A stretch of DNA of 64,000 nucleotides. Origin: Bacilli bacterium (GTDB lineage Bacteria > Bacillota_I > Bacilli_A > RF39 > UBA660). Under the pieces are notes generated by a model. That model was not told the DNA's origin, ran no database searches, and saw nothing but the letters and a program-made list of their open reading frames with translations. Positions 38,533 to 48,077 of the stretch are shown here, one piece after another. The DNA lies in the NCBI GenBank assembly GCA_017528315.1, contig JAFXOW010000003.1, positions 6,768 through 70,767 of the forward strand. Reading direction: 5' to 3'. The position numbers and the translations under genes are program-made. Numbering within the stretch: the first letter of the stretch is position 1; the number at the start of each line of letters is the position of its first letter.

Positions 38533-40082
38533 TAGTAGAACAATAATGGATTTATCGCTTCTCCACCATTATATGGAGCACCTCTCCATATTTCAAAGTG
38601 TAAATGTGTACCATAGCAATTACCACTACAACCCATGTCTCCTATTGTTTGTCCCATTACTACATAATCACCTTTTTTAACATAAGGTGAAATTGTAACC
38701 ATATGAGCATATCTTGAATAATAACCATTTTGATGATCAATTTGCACGTAATTTCCTGATAAGCCATTATAGCCAATATCAACAACTACTCCTGGTTTAG
38801 CTGCATATATTGGTGAACCATAACCAGTTCCGGATATATCAACACCACTATGAAGTCGTCCCCAACGCCATCCAAATTGACTAGAAATAATATACGGAAT
38901 ATTGGTTGGCCAACCCCAATTACCAGCCGAAACTATAGTTGGTTGTTTTCCACCTTTTACAATTATTTCATTTACAACTGGTTTTAACTCCTCAGTACTT
39001 GAAATTAAAGCCGTCACTATCTCACCATTTACTTCCTTAATCTTTTGAGTAATACGATTTACTCCATTACTTCCAGCTGTTCTAGTTGCTTGGTATCCTA
39101 CTAATTGACTATTATCATAGATGTATTCTGTTTTATAAGCAACCGTTTGATCTTCAACCTTATGAATTTCTTTTACTGTTTGAAAAACTGGATCAAGTAT
39201 TCCAACTGTTAATTTTTGACCAGCATAAAGAAGGGCATTACTACTTTTTAAATTAGCATTAGCAATTAAAACTTCATTAACATTCATTTTATTAGCTTCA
39301 GCAACGCTTACTAACGTATCTCCATCTTGAACAGTATAAGTAGACATATTTTGATTTTTACCAAATAATAAATATTCTGTTAAATCATTTTCATTAGTAT
39401 ATATTTTTTCATTAACAGGAAGAAAGCTCTCAGTATAAGTAATCTTAGCATCAATATATAAATTTTCTAATGATTCTCCTGTATCAATTATACTTTTTTG
39501 AACTTCATTTTCATAATCAGTAAATTCATCTTCAGATACAAATGATAAAACGACTTTTTTAGCAGCATTAGCAAATATTTCTTTATCTAAAATATTTATA
39601 TACGTTTTCTTTTCCTTATTGTTTTTTTCTTCTTCCGTCTCTCCTTCACTTTCGTAATCGGTTGCATTAGTTTTATCAATTAATACTTTGTAACCTTTAA
39701 TCGTAAATGGTTCTTTTTCATTCATTATATTATAAATACTTTCAATTGATGTAATATTTTCTTCATAAGTAATATCCTTTTCAACATTTATATCATTTGG
39801 AATATATACATTATCAACCTTATACTTATCCATTAATTCCTTTTGCATATGATTAATATAATTATATAATTCCTTATCTGATTGAATTAAACCAATGCTT
39901 TCTCCTTTTAGATATACTCTATATGCTTCAATTGGTACTTTTGACTTACTTAAAACATCACTACTACTAAAAAATGTAATTCCAACACTTAAAATTAAAG
40001 ATATAACAATACCTATTATTAAAGTATTATTATTTTTTTTATTATTTATATTATTATCCAACCTCTTCACTCCTTTCAACAC
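38532..40082 (-). CDS. Membrane-anchored LysM/G5/M23 peptidoglycan endopeptidase
   Basis: YTVQDGDTL LysM, G5-like segment, HSGVD, YAHM, GTHLHFE. Confidence 0.9.
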   Translation of the reverse strand: MLKGVKRLDNNINNKKNNNTLIIGIVISLILSVGITFFSSSDVLSKSKVPIEAYRVYLKGESIGLIQSDKELYNYINHMQKELMDKYKVDNVYIPNDINVEKDITYEENITSIESIYNIMNEKEPFTIKGYKVLIDKTNATDYESEGETEEEKNNKEKKTYINILDKEIFANAAKKVVLSFVSEDEFTDYENEVQKSIIDTGESLENLYIDAKITYTESFLPVNEKIYTNENDLTEYLLFGKNQNMSTYTVQDGDTLVSVAEANKMNVNEVLIANANLKSSNALLYAGQKLTVGILDPVFQTVKEIHKVEDQTVAYKTEYIYDNSQLVGYQATRTAGSNGVNRITQKIKEVNGEIVTALISSTEELKPVVNEIIVKGGKQPTIVSAGNWGWPTNIPYIISSQFGWRWGRLHSGVDISGTGYGSPIYAAKPGVVVDIGYNGLSGNYVQIDHQNGYYSRYAHMVTISPYVKKGDYVVMGQTIGDMGCSGNCYGTHLHFEIWRGAPYNGGEAINPLLFY

Positions 40083-41421
40083 TTATATTTGCTTCAGCTG
40101 TAAAGTTTAAAAATGTACTCATATCTCTCTTAAATAACAAATTAATTGTTCCGGTTGAACCATTTCTATGCTTTCCAATAATAAGTTCACTAACACTGGT
40201 ATTATTATCAGTTCTAGCAGACTTATTATAATAATCATCACGATATAAAAAAGCAACAATATCGGCATCTTGTTCAATTGAACCAGATTCACGTAAATCA
40301 CTCATTAAAGGTCTCTTATCCTCTCTTGCTTCAACTGAACGTGATAATTGACAAAGAGCAATAACGGGAATTTCTAATTCCATAGCAAGCATTTTTAATG
40401 ATCTAGAAATATCTGAAACTTCTTGTTGACGATTAGCACCATAATTTTTTCCACCAGATACTAATTGTAAATAGTCAATTATAACTAAATCTAAACCACT
40501 TGAAGAGCTTTTTAAACGACGACATTTAGAACGAATTTCTCCAATGGTTATACCTGGTGTATCATCGATAAAAAGATTAGTATCTTCAAGTTGACTTAAA
40601 GCCTCATTAAATTTAACATAATCATTGTTGTTAAACTTACCACTCATAAATTTATAGCCTTCAATTTGACCAAGGCTTGATAACATACGATTAGCAAGTT
40701 GTTCGGCACCCATTTCTAAGTTAAATATAGCAACAGACTTTTTTGATGATATAGCAACATTAGTTGCCAAATTTAAAGCAAAAGCTGTTTTTCCCATTGC
40801 AGGACGTGCTCCAATTATAATTAATTGATTCTCGTGAAGTCCCGAAGTTATTTTATCAAAATCACTCCATCCAGTAGCAATACCAGTAATATCACCTTTA
40901 GTTTCTGCTAATGTTTGTAAATTTCTTTGAACACTATTAACAACATCTTTAATCGTTCTAAACTCCGTTGAACGTCTATCTTTAACAATACTTAATATTT
41001 TTCTTTCAGCTTCATCAAGAGTTTCTGATACATCTTTATCAGTTTCATATCCCATTTGATTAACTTCATTTGACACTTCAATTAAACGTCTAAGTAGACT
41101 ATCATCATTAACAATTTTTAAATAATAATTAATATTAGCAGCGGTTGACTCGGTATTTAATACTTCAGTTAGATAAATTACCCCACCTATTTCCTCAAGA
41201 TAACCTTTATTTTTAAGTTCATTAGTAATTGTTGTCATATCTATAGGAATATTTGCATCATATAAACTTTTTAAACAAATATAGATTTTTTTATTATTAT
41301 CATAGTAAAATGAACTTTCAGAAAGCGTTTCAAAAGCCAAATCCTGAGCACTTTTAGATAAGAATATTGCACTTAAAACCGCTTTTTCAGCTTCAATACT
41401 ATTAGGTACACTTCTTAACAT
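40054..41421 (-). CDS. dnaB: Replicative DNA helicase
   Basis: GARPAMGKT, IDYLQL, QLSR, DLRESGSIEQDAD. Confidence 0.98.
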   Translation of the reverse strand: MLRSVPNSIEAEKAVLSAIFLSKSAQDLAFETLSESSFYYDNNKKIYICLKSLYDANIPIDMTTITNELKNKGYLEEIGGVIYLTEVLNTESTAANINYYLKIVNDDSLLRRLIEVSNEVNQMGYETDKDVSETLDEAERKILSIVKDRRSTEFRTIKDVVNSVQRNLQTLAETKGDITGIATGWSDFDKITSGLHENQLIIIGARPAMGKTAFALNLATNVAISSKKSVAIFNLEMGAEQLANRMLSSLGQIEGYKFMSGKFNNNDYVKFNEALSQLEDTNLFIDDTPGITIGEIRSKCRRLKSSSSGLDLVIIDYLQLVSGGKNYGANRQQEVSDISRSLKMLAMELEIPVIALCQLSRSVEAREDKRPLMSDLRESGSIEQDADIVAFLYRDDYYNKSARTDNNTSVSELIIGKHRNGSTGTINLLFKRDMSTFLNFTAEANISVERSEEVG

Positions 41422-41424
41422 AAA

Positions 41425-41859
41425 TTACTCCTCTGTATGAACTTTTAAATTACATACTATGTCTTTATATAAAGTTACTTTAATAATATGCATACCAAGT
41501 GAATTAATTAATTGATTTTCTATTTGTTTTTTATCAATATTATATCCAAGTTTTAAAAGTTCTTCTTTTATTTGTTTTGTACTAATGCTTCCAAACATTT
41601 TACCATTGGTTGTTTTTACTTTAAATTTTAAGGTAATATTTTCTAATTTTTTCTTTAATTCTTCTGCATCTTTTCTATTTTCTAAATCTATTTCTTTATC
41701 TTTTTCTTTTTGTTTATTTAATTTATTTAGGCTTCCTTCTGTTTTCTTAATAGCTAATCCCTTCTTAATTAAAAAATTCATTCCATAGCCATCACTTACT
41801 TCTTTTATTTCCCCTTTTTTTCCTTGACCTTTAACATCTTTTAAAAATATAACTTGCAT
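41425..41859 (-). CDS. rplI: 50S ribosomal protein L9
   Basis: [34 protein letters not shown]. Confidence 0.97.
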   Translation of the reverse strand: MQVIFLKDVKGQGKKGEIKEVSDGYGMNFLIKKGLAIKKTEGSLNKLNKQKEKDKEIDLENRKDAEELKKKLENITLKFKVKTTNGKMFGSISTKQIKEELLKLGYNIDKKQIENQLINSLGMHIIKVTLYKDIVCNLKVHTEE

Positions 41860-41936
41860 AGTACCCTCCTTGTAAATAAATATATATAAGTATTATATCA
41901 TTAAATAAAAAAAATAGGAATATAAAATTCTTATTC

Positions 41937-42158
41937 CTACTTATTTGTAAATGGAAGTAATGCTATAGCACGAGCTTTTTTAATTTGAGTAGCAATATAT
42001 CTTTGATGTTTAGCACATGCACCAGTTACACGACGAGGTAATATTTTACCTTTATCATTTATATATTTTTTTAAGATTTCAACATCTTTATAGTTAATAT
42101 CTTTACCAGTTGTACACATATAACATACTTTTTTCTTTTTTCTATAAAATTCTGCCAT
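41937..42158 (-). CDS. rpsR: 30S ribosomal protein S18 (Zn-binding form)
   Basis: KVCYMC, GKILPRRVTG.CAKHQR. Confidence 0.97.
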   Translation of the reverse strand: MAEFYRKKKKVCYMCTTGKDINYKDVEILKKYINDKGKILPRRVTGACAKHQRYIATQIKKARAIALLPFTNK

Positions 42159-42170
42159 TTTATCCTCCTT

Positions 42171-42674
42171 CTAGAAAGGTAAATCGCTGTCATCTATTTC
42201 AATTTTATCTCCAAAATCCTTAAATGGATCTGATTCATCACTACTATTTGTATTATTTGTAGTATCAGAGAAATCATAAGGAGTAAGATTTGATTGACTA
42301 TCTGATGTTTGATTATTAAAATTAGATGAAGAATCATTTTCTAAAGCTTGTCTACTTCCTTTAGAATCTAAAAATTGAAATTCATCGATTACAACATCAG
42401 TTGTATAAATTCTCTTACCATCTTTATCATCATATGATCCGGTTTGAATTCTACCACTAACAGCAATTTGACTTCCTTTTGTTAAATATTTTTTCATTGT
42501 TTCAGCACGATTACCAAAAGCAACAATATTAATAAAATCTGCTTCACGCTCTCCGTTTTGATTAGTAAATTGTCTATCAACAGCAATGGATGAACGCATA
42601 ACAGCATTATTACTTGCTCCATATCTTAAATCTGGATCTCTGGTTAATCTTCCTACTAAAAATACTTTATTCAT
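42171..42674 (-). CDS. ssb: Single-stranded DNA-binding protein
   Basis: LVGRLTRDP, ADFI, C-terminal DDSDLPF. Confidence 0.97.
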   Translation of the reverse strand: MNKVFLVGRLTRDPDLRYGASNNAVMRSSIAVDRQFTNQNGEREADFINIVAFGNRAETMKKYLTKGSQIAVSGRIQTGSYDDKDGKRIYTTDVVIDEFQFLDSKGSRQALENDSSSNFNNQTSDSQSNLTPYDFSDTTNNTNSSDESDPFKDFGDKIEIDDSDLPF

Positions 42675-42684
42675 TTTTACTCCT

Positions 42685-42969
42685 TTAATCTACTTTAACT
42701 ACGATATGTCTAATTATATCTTCGTTAATGTTTGCAATTCTATCAAACTCTTTAACTGCAGCAGGTTCTGCTTCTACAGTAATTAAGAAGTAGCTACCAT
42801 TTTTAAATCCTTGTACTTCGTAAGCAAGTTCACGTCTTCCCATATTCTTTTCAGAAACGATTTTAGCTTTTTGCTCACTAAGCATTTTTTTAATGCCTTC
42901 TACAACATTTTTAGTTGCTTCCTCTTCTAGAGTTGGTTTAATTACAAACATAAGTTCATAATTACGCAT
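42685..42969 (-). CDS. rpsF: 30S ribosomal protein S6
   Basis: MRNYELMFV, GRRELAYEV, IIRH. Confidence 0.97.
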   Translation of the reverse strand: MRNYELMFVIKPTLEEEATKNVVEGIKKMLSEQKAKIVSEKNMGRRELAYEVQGFKNGSYFLITVEAEPAAVKEFDRIANINEDIIRHIVVKVD

Positions 42970-42974
42970 CCTAA

Positions 42975-43040
42975 CACCTCCTTTTGGACTAATGGACTCC
43001 TAAGAGCCAAGAAAGTTTTGAAGTAACAAATTACTTCGTA
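42975..43040 (-). promoter_or_regulatory. S6:S18 ribosomal protein leader (autoregulatory)
   Basis: Minus strand ctttcttgg-[gctc-ttag-gagt]-CCA-ttagt-ccaaaaggag: the outer stem sequesters the SD and a CCR motif follows the inner hairpin. Confidence 0.55.
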
Positions 43041-43129
43041 CATAATATAGCATAAACCAAAAAAAAATTCAACATAAATGTGAATTTATTTGTAAAATTA
43101 ATATATTATATACTGTATCAAACTATGAA

Positions 43130-43837
43130 CTATTCTAATACTTTATAATCTATTTTCTCATCTTTTTTATAAATAGTTAATTTTTCTTTATTATCACAAG
43201 TTACTAGTAATAATTCTTCTGGATTATTATAGCCTTCTTTTGCTAGTCTTGTAATAAGCCAATTTTTATCATGACCAATAGTTTTAATATTATTTTCCAT
43301 TATATTTCCATCTAATATTAAATTAGCAGTTATACCTCTATTATCAATTTTTAATTTCATATCACTAGGTGTTACTGGATGATACTTATTTTTGGGAAGA
43401 AAACTAATTTTACCAGAAGGCTCCATAATTGCATAGTTAATTTCACTTATATCAAAATATCCACTTTCTCTTGCATCTTGAAGTAAATCATTTATATCAA
43501 TCTTACACTTTTTTAATTGTTCTCTACTTATCTTACCATTTTCCATAATAATCACAGGTTCTCCCGTAATTAATCGCCTAGCAAAGATACTTTTTTCTGT
43601 TACAAATGATACAAACAAACTAAATATTCCATAAACACTCATAGAAACTAATCCTTCAATGATTGCTATATCATCATTTACAGTCATTTCAGCAGCAATA
43701 TTTCCAAGTGATAATCCTATTATATAATCAAAAATATTAAGTTCACTTATTTGTTTTTTTCCAAGTAACTTTATAACTAAAAACAAATAAATAACCGCAA
43801 TACTCCCCTTTATACTCATAAATAAAATATTATTCAC
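43130..43837 (-). CDS. DUF421 (YetF-like) membrane protein
   Basis: LLGKKQISEL..FDY, GEP.IIMENG, A.MEP.GKIS; probable GTG start at 43837 (ORF track gives 43882). Confidence 0.88.
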   Translation of the reverse strand: MNNILFMSIKGSIAVIYLFLVIKLLGKKQISELNIFDYIIGLSLGNIAAEMTVNDDIAIIEGLVSMSVYGIFSLFVSFVTEKSIFARRLITGEPVIIMENGKISREQLKKCKIDINDLLQDARESGYFDISEINYAIMEPSGKISFLPKNKYHPVTPSDMKLKIDNRGITANLILDGNIMENNIKTIGHDKNWLITRLAKEGYNNPEELLLVTCDNKEKLTIYKKDEKIDYKVLE

Positions 43838-43890
43838 AATATCACCACCTATATTTTCCCCATAATATATTTTTATATACAAAAAAGAGT

Positions 43891-45669
43891 CTATTCTAAA
43901 ACTCTTTCTATTTCCTTCTCTAAATTATCTTTCATAATGTAATTATCAAAACCATCTTCTATAAAATGTTCTTTAATTAATTCCATATCGCTTCCAAGTA
44001 TAACAATAACTTTTGATTTAAATTTAGAATTTTTCTTTAACTCTTTTAATACTTCAATAGCTCTTTTATCCATATTATCATCTATAAATATATATACATA
44101 TTCTTCTTTTAATCTAATTCTATCTAATATATCATTTGCATAAATAGATGTTTCTATATCAAAACCTTTATTATCTAAAATATTCATCATTCTATGCATT
44201 AAATCATTATCTTGGCTCGCTATTAAAACTTTATTTTTAGTAGTTATATTATTAATATTTATAGAATTATCAACAATAATTTTTTGATCAACTACAAATT
44301 TTATTTCACTTCCTTTTCCTACTTCACTTTTGATAGTAAAATAACCACCTAATTTTGATATTAATTTCTTTATCGTATTAACATTAACATTATTTGTTTC
44401 TAGACGTTTTAATTCTTCATTAGTAAGTTCTGTATCAACCATTAATAATTCATTTACTTTATCAATTGAAATACCAAGTCCTGAATCTTCTACCGTAAAT
44501 ATTAATCTTGCCATATCATATTTAACAATACTAGTAAGTCTCAATTCAATAAAACCTGATTTAGTATATTTAATAGCATTTTCAAGTAGTGATATAATTA
44601 TTTGTTCTAATAATTTAGAATCACCATATAAATATTCGGGTATATTTTCACTTATATTAAATCGAAATTCCACTTCATTGGAAATTTTCTTTTCTTCAAG
44701 TAATCTTATTTTAGTAAGTAAATTTTTTAAATTATATTTTTCCGGTATCATTTTAATATTTGAATTAGTTAAACTAGATATATCCATAGCATTGTTAACA
44801 ATTACTGATAAATTATGACTTAAATTACTAATTTCTTTAAAATTTTCTTGTAATGTTTCAACATTATCTAATTTAATTGAATCATCAGCTAATTTTTTTA
44901 TATCATCAACCGGTTTTTTTAATTGACTAGATGTTAAGAATAAGAAATTTGATTTATCTTCAATAGTTTGATTAACTAACACTCTATTCTTAGTTAATTC
45001 TTCAATCATCTTTACATCGGGATTTTCTATTGTAAAATACATAACAAAAGTTATAAAAACAAAAGCAGCATTTATAATTAACAATTCTGGAAATAAATTT
45101 TGAACTAAAACTATTACTCCAAAAGCAACTATTAATAAATAAAGAGGTATATACTTTTTATCACGCATATTTTTAATATTTTTAAAGAATATTACTAGCA
45201 TTATTAAAACACAGATTACAACAAACAAATAAATTAAGTTAACTGCTGGTCCAGAAGGCAACAACATTTGTCCAACTTTAGTAACCGTAATTGGTAAGAA
45301 AAATATATCTATAGCCGTTATTAAAAGAAATAATAAAATTGAATTTTTAATTAATTGTTTTAAATCATTAATATTTTTCTTTTCTTTTAAAGTAACAATT
45401 AAAATATAAATAGTAAAGAAATATATCCAACCAAGTAAAAATATAAATAATATTTTTAAAGCCATTAAATAAGTTGAATCGTATGGATCTACACCTTTAG
45501 TTACCAATATATAAGTCCAAGTTTCAGTTAAACAACTTAAAAAATTTATTACAATTATTAATCCATACATTCTATTTTCCAAAAAATTAACTTTTTTCTT
45601 AGGAAAATAAATAATCATTAATAATATACAAAATACCATTCCAAATACAGTAAAATAAAAACTTTCCAT
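43891..45669 (-). CDS. 7-TM hybrid sensor histidine-kinase-like protein with receiver domain; catalytic His absent
   Basis: YFTIENPD; H-box position reads FLFLTSSQLKKP; N-box LLENAIKYT, G1 VEDSGLGI, SEVGKGS; C-terminal receiver-like domain. Confidence 0.8.
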   Translation of the reverse strand: MESFYFTVFGMVFCILLMIIYFPKKKVNFLENRMYGLIIVINFLSCLTETWTYILVTKGVDPYDSTYLMALKILFIFLLGWIYFFTIYILIVTLKEKKNINDLKQLIKNSILLFLLITAIDIFFLPITVTKVGQMLLPSGPAVNLIYLFVVICVLIMLVIFFKNIKNMRDKKYIPLYLLIVAFGVIVLVQNLFPELLIINAAFVFITFVMYFTIENPDVKMIEELTKNRVLVNQTIEDKSNFLFLTSSQLKKPVDDIKKLADDSIKLDNVETLQENFKEISNLSHNLSVIVNNAMDISSLTNSNIKMIPEKYNLKNLLTKIRLLEEKKISNEVEFRFNISENIPEYLYGDSKLLEQIIISLLENAIKYTKSGFIELRLTSIVKYDMARLIFTVEDSGLGISIDKVNELLMVDTELTNEELKRLETNNVNVNTIKKLISKLGGYFTIKSEVGKGSEIKFVVDQKIIVDNSININNITTKNKVLIASQDNDLMHRMMNILDNKGFDIETSIYANDILDRIRLKEEYVYIFIDDNMDKRAIEVLKELKKNSKFKSKVIVILGSDMELIKEHFIEDGFDNYIMKDNLEKEIERVLE

Positions 45670-45769
45670 ACAGTCCTCCTAATTTCTATTACCATTATAC
45701 GAAATATTAATTATTTTTTCAATTCCTTTTAATTTAATTTAAAAAAAATATTAGATTTCTCTAATATTC

Positions 45770-47689
45770 TTAAATTAATTTTTTTATTTTATTTCTTGGT
45801 TTAATTATTTTACCATTAATTATAAATTCATCTTCATCTAATATATTTTCTTTTTCTAAAGATTTAAAATCTAATTTTTTATTAACTTTAGTATAAGGTA
45901 AATATTCTTTAATAATATAATATTTTGGTAAATAAAATGGTGGACAATTTTCTTTAATATAACTATCTAATTTACTTATTACTTCAAATTCATCTTCACC
46001 TTCATTTAAAACAACATGAACAACAGGTACTTCTCTTTCATTAATATCATCAAGTTTTACTGAACAACAACTAGCAACAAGACCTGTTCCCATAACCTTT
46101 TCATCTAAATCGGTTAGCCATAGTTTATTACCACTCCTCGTTAACATTCTTTTTAATCTTCCTCTATGATAAATATAACCATCACTATCCATTACACCCA
46201 TATCATCAGTATGAACCCAATACTTCCCATCACTATGCTTCATTAAAGTATTTTTAGTTGCAAGAGGATTATTTAAATATCCTTTCATAACAGTTGGACC
46301 AGATATACATATTTCTCCTTCTAAATCTTTACCATATGGTAGTTCTTTATCTGTTTGATATTCAAATATAGCAATATCTACATTTATCATTGGTATACCA
46401 ATACTCCCAACTTTTTTTGGTTCCATTGGATTACAAGTTGCAATAGCTGCTACTTCACTTGTTCCATATCCTTGCTGAATTGACTTAGCACCTCTTTCGG
46501 TTAATATATTGTTATACATTATCTCATTTGATACATCTAATTTATCTCCACCGCTTATAGGATTTAATAGATAACTTAAATCTTTAACATTAGACATTGC
46601 TAATAATTGAAGTAAAATAGGCCCTGAGAAAATAAAATGAGGTTTATACTCTTCAACGTACATTGGATACTTGGGAATATCAGGTGCATCAAAGTAAGGT
46701 ATAAGTGTAACTGTTAATCCGCATATCATTAAACCACAGGTTGCATTTAAATAATAAGCAATCGAAGGATATAAAACATTTAAAGATTTTTTAGGATATG
46801 TATAGCCATAATTACTATATTTTTCCCCATGAGCCATAGCAACTAGACTTTTATTAGTAAGTTCTACTCCTTTAGCTTTCCCAGTTGATCCACCAGTATA
46901 AACGATAAGAGTTGTTCTATCACTTCCACCACGTAATAAATGAACTGGAGTAGGCTTTAAATAATTTTCTTTATACACACTATACGATATAATTTTATTA
47001 TTTATATTTTCATAACTTAACTCTTGTTGTAATTCTTTTAATTTTAAAAATTCTTTATTATCTCTTTCTAAATCTTCATCTAAAAGTGTCGTATAAACAA
47101 TGTCTAATATTTTCTTTTCTATTTCTTCTTTTTTAAATTTACTTTCTTCTAAACTTTCCATAACCGGAATTTTAATAATTTTTTCTAAACTATTATCCAT
47201 ATTTAAAACTTTAGAAGCATTGGAAATCATTACATCACTTTCACTAATAAAAAAGTATCTAGAATTAGTTAAATTTAACATATAATTAATTCTATCAGGA
47301 CTTTCATCATACTTTATTAAATTAGCAATTGCACCCATTTTATTTAAAGCTAAAAACATAAATATAACTTCTGGTGTATTTAACATCATAAAAGAAACTA
47401 TATCACCAGCTTTAACTCCTAAATTAGTTAACATTTTTATATGTTTACTTACTTCTTTTTCTATATCACTTCTAGTAAATTGTCTTTTACCTAAATAATC
47501 AAGCAAAACTGTATCTTTGGGATACATATAAGTTTGATTCATAAAATAATCATAAAAATTGTCATTACTAATAGGTATATTTTTATAATCATCATTATGA
47601 TATTTCATCCATGGTCTATCAATAGATGCATATCCTGTTAAATTACTTTCTCTTTCCTCTTTTTCTAATTCAATTTTTTCTTCTTTCAT
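45770..47689 (-). CDS. Class I adenylate-forming (AMP-binding, acyl-CoA synthetase-like) enzyme
   Basis: YTGGSTGKAKG, QGYGTSE, GEICISGP.VMKGY, HTDD.G..D.DG, KLD. Start likely the ATG at 47689 (ORF track gives 47854). Confidence 0.88.
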   Translation of the reverse strand: MKEEKIELEKEERESNLTGYASIDRPWMKYHNDDYKNIPISNDNFYDYFMNQTYMYPKDTVLLDYLGKRQFTRSDIEKEVSKHIKMLTNLGVKAGDIVSFMMLNTPEVIFMFLALNKMGAIANLIKYDESPDRINYMLNLTNSRYFFISESDVMISNASKVLNMDNSLEKIIKIPVMESLEESKFKKEEIEKKILDIVYTTLLDEDLERDNKEFLKLKELQQELSYENINNKIISYSVYKENYLKPTPVHLLRGGSDRTTLIVYTGGSTGKAKGVELTNKSLVAMAHGEKYSNYGYTYPKKSLNVLYPSIAYYLNATCGLMICGLTVTLIPYFDAPDIPKYPMYVEEYKPHFIFSGPILLQLLAMSNVKDLSYLLNPISGGDKLDVSNEIMYNNILTERGAKSIQQGYGTSEVAAIATCNPMEPKKVGSIGIPMINVDIAIFEYQTDKELPYGKDLEGEICISGPTVMKGYLNNPLATKNTLMKHSDGKYWVHTDDMGVMDSDGYIYHRGRLKRMLTRSGNKLWLTDLDEKVMGTGLVASCCSVKLDDINEREVPVVHVVLNEGEDEFEVISKLDSYIKENCPPFYLPKYYIIKEYLPYTKVNKKLDFKSLEKENILDEDEFIINGKIIKPRNKIKKLI

Positions 47690-48077
47690 ACTTTCATTTC
47701 CCTTCATAGACAGATTCATCCTATTTTTCTTATTAATATAATTATAAATAAAATAACCTGAATTAATCAATATATATGACATTTCTTTACTACATTTTTT
47801 TACAATGTTCTCCTTTCGTCTAAAAAATATAACAAAATTAATAACAAAAAACAAATTAAATAATTATGAAAAAACTCTTCTTAATTACTTAATTTGTCTT
47901 AATAAAATACTTTAATTTGTTAAATTGGATATAATTTTTTAAAGATTTTTAATTTTCTTTATTTTTTTACAACAAATCTTAAAATTAAATTTATATATTT
48001 TTTACAAACATTTACATTTTTTTATTTTTATAACAATCATTTAATGTTATGCATTTACACTTTAAAGAAGATATATT

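Noticed and set aside
47690..48077. Long AT-rich intergenic region with AACAAA-type repeats (possible CRISPR or ncRNA)
   Set aside because: No regular repeat-spacer period or stable structure; it is low-complexity only.
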